A stretch of DNA of 64,000 nucleotides. Source: Leucoraja erinacea. Its lineage: Eukaryota. Positions 24,126-36,095 of the stretch are shown one piece after another. The stretch is taken from the NCBI RefSeq assembly GCF_028641065.1, contig NC_073420.1, forward strand, positions 434,001-498,000, given 5' to 3'. Position 1 is the first letter of the stretch. Every line of letters begins with the position of its first letter. A model generated the notes under the pieces. It ran no database searches. It worked only from the letters and a program-made list of their open reading frames with translations, and had not been told where the DNA came from. The position numbers and the translations under genes are program-made.

Positions 24126-24698
24126 AATATTTGCTGCACTTCCTGGGACACTGATCTGTCAACTCCAAGAGGCAGAGAGCTGGGACTGGATGTGGCCTGC
24201 AGTGGTGGAGCAGGAGCGGAGGAGACCACCGCTAAGCTTCGCCAGACCCTGCAACGCCAGGACATCAGACCTTCAAGGTCAGATCGAGATCCCTGCACTT
24301 ACAAGCAACTGGGACTTGAAAATGGCGGGAAAACTGACGCTTCTGCCCGCTGTGTAGGAAGGAACTGCAGATGCTGGTTTAAACCAAAGGTGGACGCAAC
24401 ATGCTGGAGTAACTCAGCGGGACAGGCAGCATCTCTGGAGAGAAGGAATGGCTGACGTTTCAGGTCGAGGAAGGGGGAGACGGCTTAGTCGCCAACTATC
24501 CGACCATGGAGCAGATAGCACAGGATTACATGGTACCCGAGGGGGGGGGGGGGGGGACTTGCTAAAAGTTGCAAAATGAAAGTCGTATCTCTCGTCTATG
24601 CTGCTTGAAAATATCTGGCCACGCCACTATGTGGACAGTGGCCACATCCCACAGCTCAATATCACTTTCCTGCATGCCACCTAATAGATTATAATTAC

Positions 24699-24820
24699 CT
24701 TGCTCAGCTGTATATATTCATCAAGGACTTTATGAAGTACAGGTTGAATGCAATCCCTCACAACGTCTTTATTTAAGTTAAGAATTTGGTCCAAATGTTC
24801 AACAACAATTTGTTGTCCAC
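24699..24820 (-). CDS. TOP6BL: TOP6BL coding exon 11
   Basis: tag|(G)GQQIVVEHLDQILNLNKDVVRDCIQPVLHKVLDEYIQLSK|gtaatt; human ...HLNAIL...VVQGSIQFTVDKVLEQH. Confidence 0.9.
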
Positions 24821-24832
24821 CTATTGATGAGA

Positions 24833-25479
24833 GAACATAGAACATAGAACATAGAACATAGAACATAGAAATTAGGTGCAGGAGTAGGCCATTCGGCCCT
24901 TCGAGCCTGCGCCGCCATTCAATATGATCATGGCTGATCATCCAACTCTGTATCCCGTACCTGCCTTCTCTCCATACCCTCTGATCCCCTTAGCCACAAG
25001 GGCCACATCTAACTCCCGCTTAAATATAGCCAATGAACTGGCCTCGACTACCCTCTGCGGCAGAGAGTTCCAGAGACTCACCACTCTCTGTGTGAAAAAA
25101 GTTCTTCTCATCTCGGTTTTAAAGGATTTCCCCCTTATCCTTAAGCTGTGACCCCTTGTCCTGGACTTCCCCAACATCGGGAACAATCTTCCTGCATCTA
25201 GCCTGTCCAACCCCTTAAGAATTTTGTAAGTTTGTATAAGATCCCCTCTCAATCTCCTAAATTCTAGAGAGTGTAAACCAAGTCTGTCTAGTCTTTCTTC
25301 ATAAGACAGTCCTGACATCCCAGGAATCAGTCTGGTGAACCTTCTCTGCACTCCCTCTATGGCAATAATGTCCTTCCTCAGATTTGGAGACCAAAACTGT
25401 ATGCAATATTCCAGGTGTGGTCTCACCAAGACCCTGTACAACTGCAGTAGAACCTCCCTGCTGTTATACTCAAATCCTT
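24833..25479 (-). mobile_element. CR1 LINE 3' fragment abutting the TOP6BL exon 11 acceptor
   Basis: Open ORF2 C-terminus 24938-25479; (ctatgtt)n tail at ~24833-24870. Confidence 0.9.
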
Positions 25480-25950
25480 TGAGAGAATCCGTGTCACTAT
25501 TGAATAGTTGTTTCAAAGACCAGACGTAATGCCAATAGCAATCTCCGTTAGCATAATGACAAGTCCGCTTTCACAGTCAGTATCTTTAGTTGAGTTTAGA
25601 GATACAGCACGGATACAGGCCCTTCGGCCCACCGGGTCCGTGCAGACCAGTGATCCCCGCACATTCACCCTATCCTACACCCACTGGGGACAGGTTTTTT
25701 ACATTTACCCAAGCCAATTAACCTACAAACCTGCACGTCTTTGGAGTGCGGGAGGAAACCGAAGATCTCGGAGAAAACCCACGCAGATCACGGGGAGAAC
25801 GTACAATGTCACCAGTTAACCATCCACAGCACCTCTTTGGCACAGACACCCAGCCAGTTTGAAACAGTGCTTCCAACAAGGTCTCTTGTGTTGCAAGGCC
25901 CAATAAAATACAAGCTGCTAACAAATGTGGCAAATAATGTTGGACCCAAA

Positions 25951-26762
25951 AGAAACATAGAAATTAGGTGCAGGAGTAGAGGCCATTCGGCCCTTCGAGC
26001 CTGCACCGCCATTCAATATGATCATGGCTGATCATCCAACTCAGTATCCCGTACCTGCCTTCTCTCCATACCCCCTGATCCCCTTAGCCACAAGGGCCAC
26101 ATCTAACTCCCTCTTAAATATAGCCAATGAACTGTGGCCTCAACTACCCTCTGTGGCAGAGAGTTCCAGAGACTCACCACTCTCTGTGTGAAAAAAGTTC
26201 TCCTCATCTCGGTTTTAAAGGATTTCCCCCTTATCCTTAAGCTGTGACCCCTTGTCTTGGACTTCCCCAACATCAGGAGCAATCTTCCTGCATCTAGCCT
26301 GTCCAATCCCTTAAGAATTTTGTAAGTTTGTATAAGATCCCCTCTCAATCTCTCTCCTAAATTCTAGAGAGTATAAACCAAGTCTATCCAGTCTTTCTTC
26401 ATAAGACAGTCCTGACATCCCAGGAATCAGTCTGGTGAACCTTCTCTGCACTCCCTCTATGGCAATAATGTCCTTCCTCAGATTTGGAGACCAAAACTGT
26501 ATGCAATACTCCAGGTGTGGTCTCACCAAGACCCTGTACAACTGCAGTAGAACCTCCCTGCTCCTATACTCAAATCCTCTTGCTATGAAAGCCAACATAC
26601 CATTCGCTTTCTTTACTGCCTGCTGCACCTGCATGCCTACCTTCAATGACTGGTGTACCATGACACCCAGGTCTCGCTGCAACTCCCCCTTTCCCAATCG
26701 GCCACCATTTAAATAATAGTCTGCTTTCCCGTTTTTGCCACCAAAATGGATAACCTCACATT
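25951..26762 (-). mobile_element. CR1 LINE 3' fragment
   Basis: KCEVIHFGGKN...RPHLEYCIQFWSP. Confidence 0.9.
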
Positions 26763-26801
26763 TATAATGGATAACCTCACATAAAACAAGTTCAATAGTA
26801 C

Positions 26802-26951
26802 CAATTATATCCGTCAGCTCCGAGTGAAAGTCGTCCCAGTATTTAATGAAGAGAAACAGAAGGATCATCTGCTCCTGGGTTTCAGCGTCTTCGGACCGAC
26901 CATCTTCCAGTACTGATGAAACAAGGTAACTGATATCTGGGTTGGCTAACC
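26802..26951 (-). CDS. TOP6BL: TOP6BL coding exon 10
   Basis: tag|(G)LANPDISYLVSSVLEDGRSEDAETQEQMILLFLFIKYWDDFHSELTDII-G|gtacta; human LVLPDVSYQVES...QTLLLFLFVDF. Confidence 0.92.
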
Positions 26952-28373
26952 CTATAACACAATGCAGAGATATAAAGTGCAATTGGCTTCTGAGATGTGC
27001 TTACCAATTTATATCATCCTGTAATGCAGATATTAGCTTTTAAGATGGGTATAGGAACCAGGAAGATTGTTCCCCATGTTGGGGAAGTCCAGAATAAGGG
27101 GTCACAGTTGAAGGATAAGGGGGAAGTCTTTTAGGTCCGAGATGAGAATTTTCTATTTCACACAGAGAGTGGTGGAATTCTCTGCCACAGAAAGTAGTTG
27201 AGGCCACAGTTCATTGGCTATATTTAAGAGGGAGTTAGATGTGGCCCTTGTGGCTAAAGGGATCAGGGGGTATGGAGAGAAGGCAGGTACAGGATACTGA
27301 GTTGGATGATCAGCCATGATCATATTGAATGGCGGTGCTGGCTCGAAGGGCCGAATGGCCTACTCCTGTATCTATTATCTATTGTCTATTGTTGAGTGAT
27401 GATCATTATTGTTAAATGGCACCAGCACATGCTGCTTTTCTTTATGTCTCTGCTGAATATTTGCTGAAAAGTCCGAGTGTCATTACATTTCATTCCAAAT
27501 TAGACCCCAGAGAAACTGTGGATGTGTTGGACATGATGCATGGGTCATTTTTTAAGGCTTCATATATTTCCTTTTGTAAATGCCCTTATTCACTGAGTAG
27601 GTGGCCTCTTTAAATGAAGCATGATTCAAGTCTCATTCCTGGGCTGTGCGGTCAGCTTATTTAAGCCAAATGGGGTGCAACGGAATTGACCTCCTGAGAG
27701 GAATAAAACGAAAGATCTGCTCTGCCAAGAGAGGGAACATGTGTCGGCCAGCTGTGTATACGATCACCTTGGGACGTAATGGCGCAAGAGTGAAATAATT
27801 TTTAAAATGAATTGTCAGCTTCTAATAGACGTATGGTCGTTTAAGCGAGAACGAGGTCACATCAAAGGGAAAAACTCCACAGGAGAAAAGGTTAATGTTC
27901 CCCGACAAACTAAGTTGAAGTTACATTTCCTCACATCCCTGGAGGAGTGCAAGAGAAACTGCTGGAAAGGAAGGTGCTGAAAAACAAACAAAAAGCCATG
28001 AATATCGAACTGTGTAGGAAGGAACAGCGGATGCTAGTTTAAGCTGAAGTGCTGGAGTAACTCAGCAGGACAGGCAGCACCTCTGGAGAGAAGGAATGGG
28101 TCAAGATCCTTCTTCCGACTGAGAGTCACCGGAAAATGGAAACGAGAGATATGGACGGTGATGTAGAGAGATAGAGAACAAATGAATGAAAGGTATGCAA
28201 TAAAATATAACGATGATAAAGGAAACAGGCCATTGTTAGCTGTTTGCTGGGTGAGAACAAGAAGCTGGTGCGCCTTGCGTGGAGGAAGGATGGAGAGAAA
28301 ATCTAACTACTAAACATTGCTATCGCTGATCATTGCTTACAACTGATGGTATGAGATTGGAATGAGCTTACCT

Positions 28374-29144
28374 TGCAGAAAAAATGTTCCCAACGTTGGG
28401 CGAGTCCAGAACCAGGGGCCACACACACAGTCTTAGAATAAAGGGGAGGTCATTTAAGACTGAGGTGAGAAAAAACTTTTTCACCCAGAGAGTTGTGAAT
28501 TGATGGAATTCCCTGCCACAGAGGGCAGTGGAGGCCAAGTCACTGGATGGATTTAAGAGAGAGTTAGATAGAGCTCTAGGGGCTAGTGGAGTCAAGGGAT
28601 ATGGGGAGAAGGCAGGCACGGGTTATTGATAGGGGACGATCAGCCATGATCACAATAACCATATAACCATATAACAATTACAGCACGGAAACAGGCCATC
28701 TCGACCCTTCTAGTCCGTGCCGAACACATAATCTCCCCTAGTCCCATATACCTGCGCTCAGACCATAACCCTCCATTCCCTTCCCATCCATATAACTATC
28801 CAATTTATTTTTAAATGATAAAAACGAACCTGCCTCCACCACCTTCACTGGAAGCTCATTCCACACAGCTACCACTCTCTGAGTAAAGAAGTTCCCCCTC
28901 ATGTTACCCCTAAACTTCAGTCCCTTAATTCTCATGTCATGTCCCCTTGTTTGAATCTTCCCTACTCTCAGTGGGAAAAGCTTTTCCACATCAACTCTGT
29001 CTATCCCTCTCATCATTTAAAAAACCTCTATCAAGTCCCCCCTTAACCTTCTGCGCTCCAAAGAATAAAGCCGTAAGCCAATGAATGGTGGTGCTGGCTC
29101 AAAGGGCCGAATGGCCTCCTCCTGCACCTATTTTCTGTGTTTCT
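28374..29144. mobile_element. CR1 (+) interrupted by an inverted CR1 of another subfamily (~28657-29068, -)
   Basis: The host 3' UTR breaks at ...gatcacaat and resumes at ...gaatggtggtgctggc. The inner copy encodes RGNFFTQRVVAVWNELP. Confidence 0.8.
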
Positions 29145-29545
29145 AATGAGGGCTCATCAAGCATCTTTATTACAGTATCACTAGTATTTGTGTTCATGCC
29201 CCAGTGCCTTAGTTGACTCAGAAAAGCCGGGAAAATGTGGACTTCTGGTCACTTTGCTTTTTGACATTAAATTGCACCTCAAATAGTTAAGCTTCATGGC
29301 ATCAATATAACCATAGTTCAATAACCACCAGAATACCCTTGGGCTATCCTTGATCGGACTTTGCCCGGCTTTACCTTGCACTAATGTACCTTGCAGTAAA
29401 CGTTATTCCCTTATCATGTATCTGCACACTGTAAATGGATCGATTGTAATCATGTATTGTCTTTCCGCTGAAGCACATGTGTCAATAAACTGAACCTGAA
29501 TAAACTAGACTTAGATAAACAAATAAGCAAACAAGGTAAACTTTC

Positions 29546-29693
29546 CTTCCACCATTGTCCGGTCAGTGTGTTGAGTCAGACACTGTTCATATTGCTTCCA
29601 GTCTGCCAGATGGGATGGATCCATAAAGAACGACAAGGAACATTTACCATCCTTGAATGATAAGGGCAGATCAGCGGGTCCATGTATAAATAT
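29546..29693 (-). CDS. TOP6BL: TOP6BL coding exon 9 (non-canonical splice sites on both sides)
   Basis: tccttaacttgacacat|IFIHGPADLPLSFKDGKCSLSFFMDPSHLADWKQYEQCLTQHTDRTMVE-G|gaaagt; human IFLYGPLGLPL...FFKDTSSLVDWKKYHLC. Confidence 0.88.
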
Positions 29694-29835
29694 ATGTGTC
29701 AAGTTAAGGAGTGCCATTCGGTTAAAGCAAATATCAACATTGCACGCACATACATCTCTCATTCTCATTCACCCGCAGAAACCTTAGTGGATCATTTGTC
29801 AAATAATCATTTTCCATTCATTATGTACCATTACG

Positions 29836-30490
29836 ACCTCGTTGAAACTTACCGAATAGTGAAAGGCCTGGATGGAGTGGATGTGGAGAGGATGTTTCCG
29901 CTGGTAGGAGAGTCTAGGACTAGAGGTCATAGCCTCAGAAGTAAAGGACGTCCCTTTAGGAAGGCGATGGGGAGGAATTACTTTAGTCAGAGGGTGGTGA
30001 ATGTGGAATGAATTGCCTCAGGCGGCTGTGGAGGCCGTCAATGGATGTTTTTAAGGCAGAGATAGCTAGATTCTTGATTAGTACCTCAAGGGGTCAGGGG
30101 TTATGGGGAGAAGGCAGGAGAATGGGGTTGAGAGGGAAAGATAGACCAGCCATGATTGAATGGCAGAGTATAATTGATGGGCCAAATGGTCTAATTCTGC
30201 TCCTCTCATTTATGAACTTATGAACTTATTACATATAGGCAGCACAGGCTGTAGACAATAGACAATAGACAATAGGTGCAGGAGTAGGCCATTCAGCCCC
30301 TCGAGCCAGCACCGCCATTCAACGTGATCATGGCTGATCATCCACAATCAGTACCCCGTTCCTGCCTTCTCCCCATATCCCTTGACTCCGCTATCTTTAA
30401 GAGCTCAGTCTAGCTCTCTCTTGAAAGCATCCAGAGAACCGGCCTCCACCGCCTCTGAGGCAGAGAATTCCACAGACTCACAACTCTCAG
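29836..30490. mobile_element. Two CR1 fragments, tail-to-tail, inside the TOP6BL U12 intron
   Basis: DLVETYRIVKGLD...RTRGH on the plus strand and a (ctattgt)n-tailed copy on the minus strand. Confidence 0.8.
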
Positions 30491-30961
30491 TTTGAAAATA
30501 AACGCGATTATCGCCAAAAATATAAAAGGAGGAAAAAAAAGGGGTAGGGTAGGCCTTAAAGCTTGCTCGGCCATTCAATAATATGGTGTCTGAGGCTGAG
30601 TCTAAACAGGATAACAGTCCATTTAGTAGGGATCTGGACAGTCAGAGTAAGCAATGAGTCACTTGATAGAAATATCAGGCCATTCTTCCTCGGGAAAGCA
30701 GTTCAAACGCAAGATTAGCAAACTCGTTTGAGTAAAGCCAACCTCTGTATATTCAAGAAGAAATAAAAACAGGAATTCCCCTCTCAATGCCAAGGCAAAA
30801 CTTAATTCTTGATGGCATCCATCCCTACAGTCTAAAGATATTGTAACATTTGGTGGACATTATACACCAGTAAATAAAAGTGCAACGGGAACACACGTTA
30901 CAGAGAAAACCAGCTCCCATTTACGTCCACATAAACTGTACACTCTTTTCCTAAAGGATAC

Positions 30962-31157
30962 AGAGACGTTGGATATTCTAGCAGGTTTGTTAGGGTAGTT
31001 CTTCAGGCACGGACAGATTGCAGCTATTGGTAATATCTCCAGCAATCCGCAGACTCCGGCTTCTGCGAGTTGTTTGGGAACGGACAAAGGGAACGACTTT
31101 CCAGCAACGGGGTGGAGTTTGCAGCATTGTGGATGAGTTGCACTTTCATCATCTCTT
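30962..31157 (-). CDS. TOP6BL: TOP6BL coding exon 8 (tandem acceptor 31157/31154; U12-type donor)
   Basis: RDDESATHPQCCKLHPVAGKSFPLSVPKQLAEAGVCGLLEILPIAAICPCLKNYPNKPARISNVS|gtatccttt; human ...RIHPVLG...PAAALCP...NRISSVS. Confidence 0.9.
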
Positions 31158-31339
31158 CTCAGAAAGAAAGTTAATGTAAGTATTTGATTGGCATAATTAA
31201 GTGTTTACTGAGATCATTTCAGTTACAGTTTACAGTTCAGTTTATTGTCATGTGCACCAAGGTACTGTGAAAAGCTTTTGTTGAGTGCTATCCAGTCAGC
31301 AGAAAGACGATACATGATTGTCATATGCAGCGGCTGGAT

Positions 31340-31775
31340 AAAGGAGCGGCTGGGCTTGTACACTCTGGAATTTAGAAGGATGAGAGGATATCTTATTGAA
31401 ATATATAAGATTATTAAGGGTTTGGACACGGTAGATGCAGGAAACGTGTTCCCGATGTTGGGGGAGTCCAGAAACAGGGGCCACAGTTTAAGAATAGAGG
31501 GTATGCCACTTAGAACTGAGACGAGGAAACACATTTTCTCACAGAGAGTTGTGAGTCTGTGGAATTCTCTGCCTCAGAGGGCGGTGGAGGCCGGTTCTCT
31601 GGGTACTTTCAAGAGAGAGCTCGATAGGGCTCTTGAAGATAGCGGAATCAGGGGATATGGGGAGAAGGCAGGAGCGGGGTACTGATTGGGGATGATCAGC
31701 CATGATCACATTGAATGGCGGTGCTGGCTTGAGGGGCCGAATGGCCTACTCCTGCACCTATTGTCTATTGTCTAT
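31340..31775 (+). mobile_element. CR1 LINE 3' fragment
   Basis: RLGLYTLEFRRMRGYLIEIYKIIKG. Confidence 0.88.
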
Positions 31776-31923
31776 TACAATCGAGTCAGTTTTTTTTTTA
31801 ATAAGTCTTTTTTTTCCCCACAGACTTTCCTGCAACAATCTAGAGGTCTTGTCAATATTTGGGTGATTTGCACATTTTGAGCAGTAAAATTAAGATCCAG
31901 GTATGCCATTCCTTCACACTTAC

Positions 31924-31992
31924 ATGATATAATGATCACTGCCACAAAGTATAGATTGTCCACTGATGCAAAACTTCTCTTGTTTCTCATTC
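31924..31992 (-). CDS. TOP6BL: TOP6BL coding exon 7
   Basis: tag|G-NEKQEKFCISGQSILCGSDHYI-AT|gtaagt, phase 2 to 2; aligns to human ...LLVDSQHYV. Confidence 0.85.
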
Positions 31993-32146
31993 CTAAAGAA
32001 AATTAAGTGTAGTTACTGGAGGCACAAAAGACCACAGTGCTGGAATCTGGTGCATCAAACAATATGTTAGACAAGCAGCATTTGGGACAAGCAGCATTTG
32101 TGGGATGGAAGGAATTGTCCATGTAGCCTAATCCCATTTGCCTGTA

Positions 32147-32755
32147 CATAGAAACATAGAAACATAGAAACATAGAAATTAAGTGCAGGAGTAGGCCATT
32201 CGGCCCTTCGAGCCTGCACCGCCATTCAATATGATCATGGCTGATCATCCAACTCAGTATCCCGTACCTGCCTTCTCTCCATACCCCCTGATCCCCTTAC
32301 CCACAAGGGCCACATCTAACTCCCTCTTAAATATAGCCAATGAACTGGCCTCAACTATCCTCTGTGGGTGAGAGTTCCAGAGATTCACCACTCTCTGCGT
32401 GAAAAAAAGTTCTTCTCATCTCGGTTTTAAAGGATTTCCCCTTTATCCTTAAGCTGTGACCCCTTGTCCTGGACTTCCCTAACATCGGGAAAAATCTTCC
32501 TGCATCTAGCCTGTTGAACCCCTTAAAGAATTTTGTAAGTTTCTATAAGATCCCCTCTCAATCTCCTAAATTCTAGAGAGTATAAACCAAGTCTATCCAG
32601 TCTTTCTTCATAAGAAAGTCCTGACATCCCAGGAATCAGTCTGGTGAACCGTCTCTGCACTCCCTCTATAGCAATAACGTCCTTCCTCAGATTTGGAGAC
32701 CAAACTGTACGCAATACTCCAGGTGTGGTCTCACCAAGACCCTGTACAACTGCAG
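32147..32755 (-). mobile_element. CR1 LINE 3' fragment
   Basis: Same family; (ctatgttt)n tail. Confidence 0.88.
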
Positions 32756-33306
32756 TTGGCTGTACTCAGCCAATATCCCTCCGTAAACCTTTCTATCCAT
32801 GTATCTTTTACTTTAGTTCCGTTTCAGTTCAGCGGAGCCTGGGACCTTTTGCCGAGGTCGCCAGTGTTGGAGCTCCACCCAGCGCGGCCTGTAGACTTCG
32901 GGAGCCGCGTTCTCCGGTAGGAAGCGGTCGTTTCGGAACTACAAGCTGCTGAGAGTGTTCTTCCGACGCCGGAGCGAGAAGGCCTGAAACATTGGGCCGC
33001 CGTAGCGGCGACTGCGGAGGCCTCAATAGGCACCGACCACGGGTGAACAAGAGGAAGAGGACTGAACGTTGTTGGCTGTGGAAACTGTGTAGGGGGGGTG
33101 GGGAGCAGGGGAACTGTATGGCATGGGCAGGGCAGCCCGGCCTGGAAGTGGCCGTGGAGTTGGCGCAGTCCAGGGGTGGTGTCGGGAGTCTGTCCTGGCG
33201 ATGAAGGTCAGCAGGTCAGTCCGCTATAACTAAAAAGGTCGGGTTAAAACGAGGGTTTACTGTATCAGCGAATTCAAACCCTGGCAACATTCTGATAAAT
33301 CTTCTT

Positions 33307-33494
33307 GGGTAGACAAAAGTGCTGGAGAAACTCGGCGGGTGCAACAGCATCTATGGAGCGAAGGAAACAGGCAACGTTTCGGCCTGATTTGACCTATTTC
33401 CTTCGTTCCATAGATGCTGCTGCACCGGCTGAGTTTCTCCAGCATTTTTGTCTACCTTCGATTTTCCAGCATCTGCAGTTCTTTCTTAAACACC
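33307..33494. mobile_element. Fold-back Penelope-derived short element with 12-bp TSD
   Basis: ataaatcttctt at 33295-33306 and 33495-33506. Confidence 0.72.
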
Positions 33495-34799
33495 ATAAAT
33501 CTTCTTTGCAGATTCCTGGTTTAATTTATGCTCTACTCATTACACTTTTCCCAAAATGACATTGTTTTTGTGGTGATAAATTGTGATGGCTTATAGTTTC
33601 ATGGTCCTTGTTTATTGAGCAAATTGTGTTCCCTTTGTTGTACAACGGGTACTGGTTGTTCTGAGTCATAGGCTCACTAGGTTGTGTCAGTGTTTAAAAT
33701 AACAGGTTAATGCTTAGTGTTAAATAATGCAGTGCAGCAAAGGCACAGTCATTGGAAATAGGTTCTTTGTCTATTCACTGTACGCAATACTCCAGGTGTG
33801 GTCTCACCAAGACCCTGTACAACTGCAGTAAACCTCCCTGCTCCTATACTCAAGTCCTTTTGCAATGAAAGCTAACATACCATTCGCTTTCTTTACTGCC
33901 TGCTGCACCTGCATGCCTACCTTCAATGACTGGTGTACCATGACACCCAGGTCTCGCTGCATCTCCCCCTTTCCCAATCGGCCACCATTGTTAAATAATG
34001 CAGTGCAGCAAAGGTCACAGTCATTGGAAATAGGTTCTTGGTCTATTCACTGTTGACTATTGCTAGGGGGCTCGTCAGCCTGGGAAGGCGGCCCATCTAG
34101 GAGTGGGAAAACTCTGATTTAAAACCTCCACTGCCTTGTGGCCATATCCAGTCATGGAAAAGGCTCCAGGAGTAAATCTCAAGAAAATCCGGAGTCGGAG
34201 CCCCTAAGGCAGTTCGTCGTTGTCTACAACCTTACTCTGGCAGCTACTCCTCATCTCCTTCCAAAAAGGACATCCTTTAATTCTGAGGCTATGTCCTCTG
34301 GTCCTAAACTCTCCCACTAGTGGAAACATCCTCTCCACGTCCACTCTATCGAGGCCTTTCACTATTCTGTATGTTTCAATGAGGCTCCCCCCCTCATTCT
34401 TCTAAACTCCAGCGAGTACAGGCCCAGCGTCACAAGAGTTCATCATAGGTTAACCCACTCGTTCCTGGGATCTCTTTCTGCCTGTTCAGATCACAGTCTG
34501 CAAGTCAGATGTTGGGTTGTATTAAAAAGGTCAATATTGAGGCAAAACTGTGTGGATTGTGATTGCTCATCTTGGCCATGCCGACCATGATGTTGATCTG
34601 CGCTAATTGCGTTGGCCCATGTTAGACCTGTGTCCCTCTAGTCCTTTCCTATTCCAGAGCCAGCCCAACTGCCTTTTAATCATTGCAATAGTAGTGGCCT
34701 TCACTACCTCCTCTGGCACTTGTTCCAAATATTCACACCCTCTGTGAGAAATACTTCCCCCTTAGATCTACTGATTCCACCCCCTTCTCCTTATAACGA

Positions 34800-35523
34800 A
34801 GGAGTATTGATCATGGACTTTAGGAGGGCACATCATCCGAGGACGTACACTCCATTGAGTATACATGGTGATCCTGTGGATAGGGTGAACTGTTTTAAAT
34901 ATCTGGGAGTCCACATCTCCGAGGATATGACACGCCTCAACACTGGTGAGGCAAGGCAGCGCCTTTACCACCTCAGGCAATTGAGGAAATTCAGAGTGTC
35001 TCCGAGGATCCTCCAGTGCTTCTACGCAGCGGCGGTGGAAAGCATCTTGTCCGGGAACATTACCATCTGGTTTGGGAATTGCTCTGCCAAGGACAAGAAA
35101 GCTCTGCAGAGAGAAGTGCGTTCGGCCGAACGCACTAAGGGAACTTCACTCACCCCCCAGGAAATTGTGCAGGAACTAAAAATAGATGGTAGAGAGTAGA
35201 ACAAAATCATGAGAGACCTCTTCCACCCCTGCAAAAATGTTCCAGCCGCTACGGTCAGAGGCAAACGCCTCCGTTGCCATGCAGTGAGAACGGAGAGGTT
35301 GAATAGTTTCTTCCCAGAGGCAATTCGACTGTAAGGCCTTTCTCACCAGGGACGAATTGTACAGAACGTTTTTCCTTCTATTATTTATTATGTAAAATAA
35401 TATGTGTGTTATGATTGTGTTTATAATTTGTTTGGTTGTTTTGTTGTTCCGCGAGCATTGCCACTTTCATTTCACTGCACATCTCGTATGTGTATGTGAC
35501 AAAAAAACTTGACTTGACTTGAC
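34800..35523 (+). mobile_element. Rex1/Babar-type LINE 3' fragment
   Basis: FKYLGVHIS...ARQRLYHLRQLRKF...FY.AAVESILSGNITIWFG; (cttga)n tail. Confidence 0.8.
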
Positions 35524-35596
35524 TACTTGATATTATTTTTTTAAATGATATTCTACACAATACTCCAGCAATATGATAGTAAATTAATATTCTTAC

Positions 35597-35652
35597 CCAA
35601 AAGTTTGATTCAATAGAACTCCATTTACTTTGATGTGAAACTCATTTTTCAG
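35597..35652 (-). CDS. TOP6BL: TOP6BL coding exon 6
   Basis: tag|LKNEFHIKVNGVLLNQTF(G)|gtaaga; human RFHFSVKVNGILSTEIFG. Confidence 0.9.
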
Positions 35653-36095
35653 CTAAAGGGGAAGAAAATTATTTTACTTATTCATAGTTTTTGGAATTTA
35701 CGTTTAAGAATAAATCGTGCCATTATAATAATAATAATAATAATAATAATAAATTTTATTTATGGGCGCCTTTCAAGAGTCTCAAGGACACCTTACAAAT
35801 GCTTGTTTAAACCGAAGATAGACACAAAATTATGGAGTAACTCAGCGGGACAGGCAGCGTCTCTGGAGAAAAGAATGGGTGCCGTTTTGGGTCGAGACCC
35901 ATCTCCAGACTCTTCAGGACTTCTTCAGAAAAGTCTCAAGTCCAGCGATGCTGCCTGTCCCGTTGAGTTACTCCATCATTTTGTGTCTATCCAAACATCT
36001 TTCTTTGGAGGTTATGACAGTCCAGGTGTACTCCAGTTTGTTTTAATGTTTTATTTCTATCAACATCACTCAGTTGTTAGACATTAATTAAATAC

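Noticed and set aside
26311-26982. 223-aa ORF suggesting a TOP6BL-CR1 fusion protein
   Set aside because: Chance in-frame read-through from exon 10 into an intronic CR1; a canonical donor follows 26802.
34065-34250. Possible RTE-type 5' UTR fragment with an HDV-like ribozyme
   Set aside because: Only a vague resemblance from memory; the pseudoknot could not be drawn.
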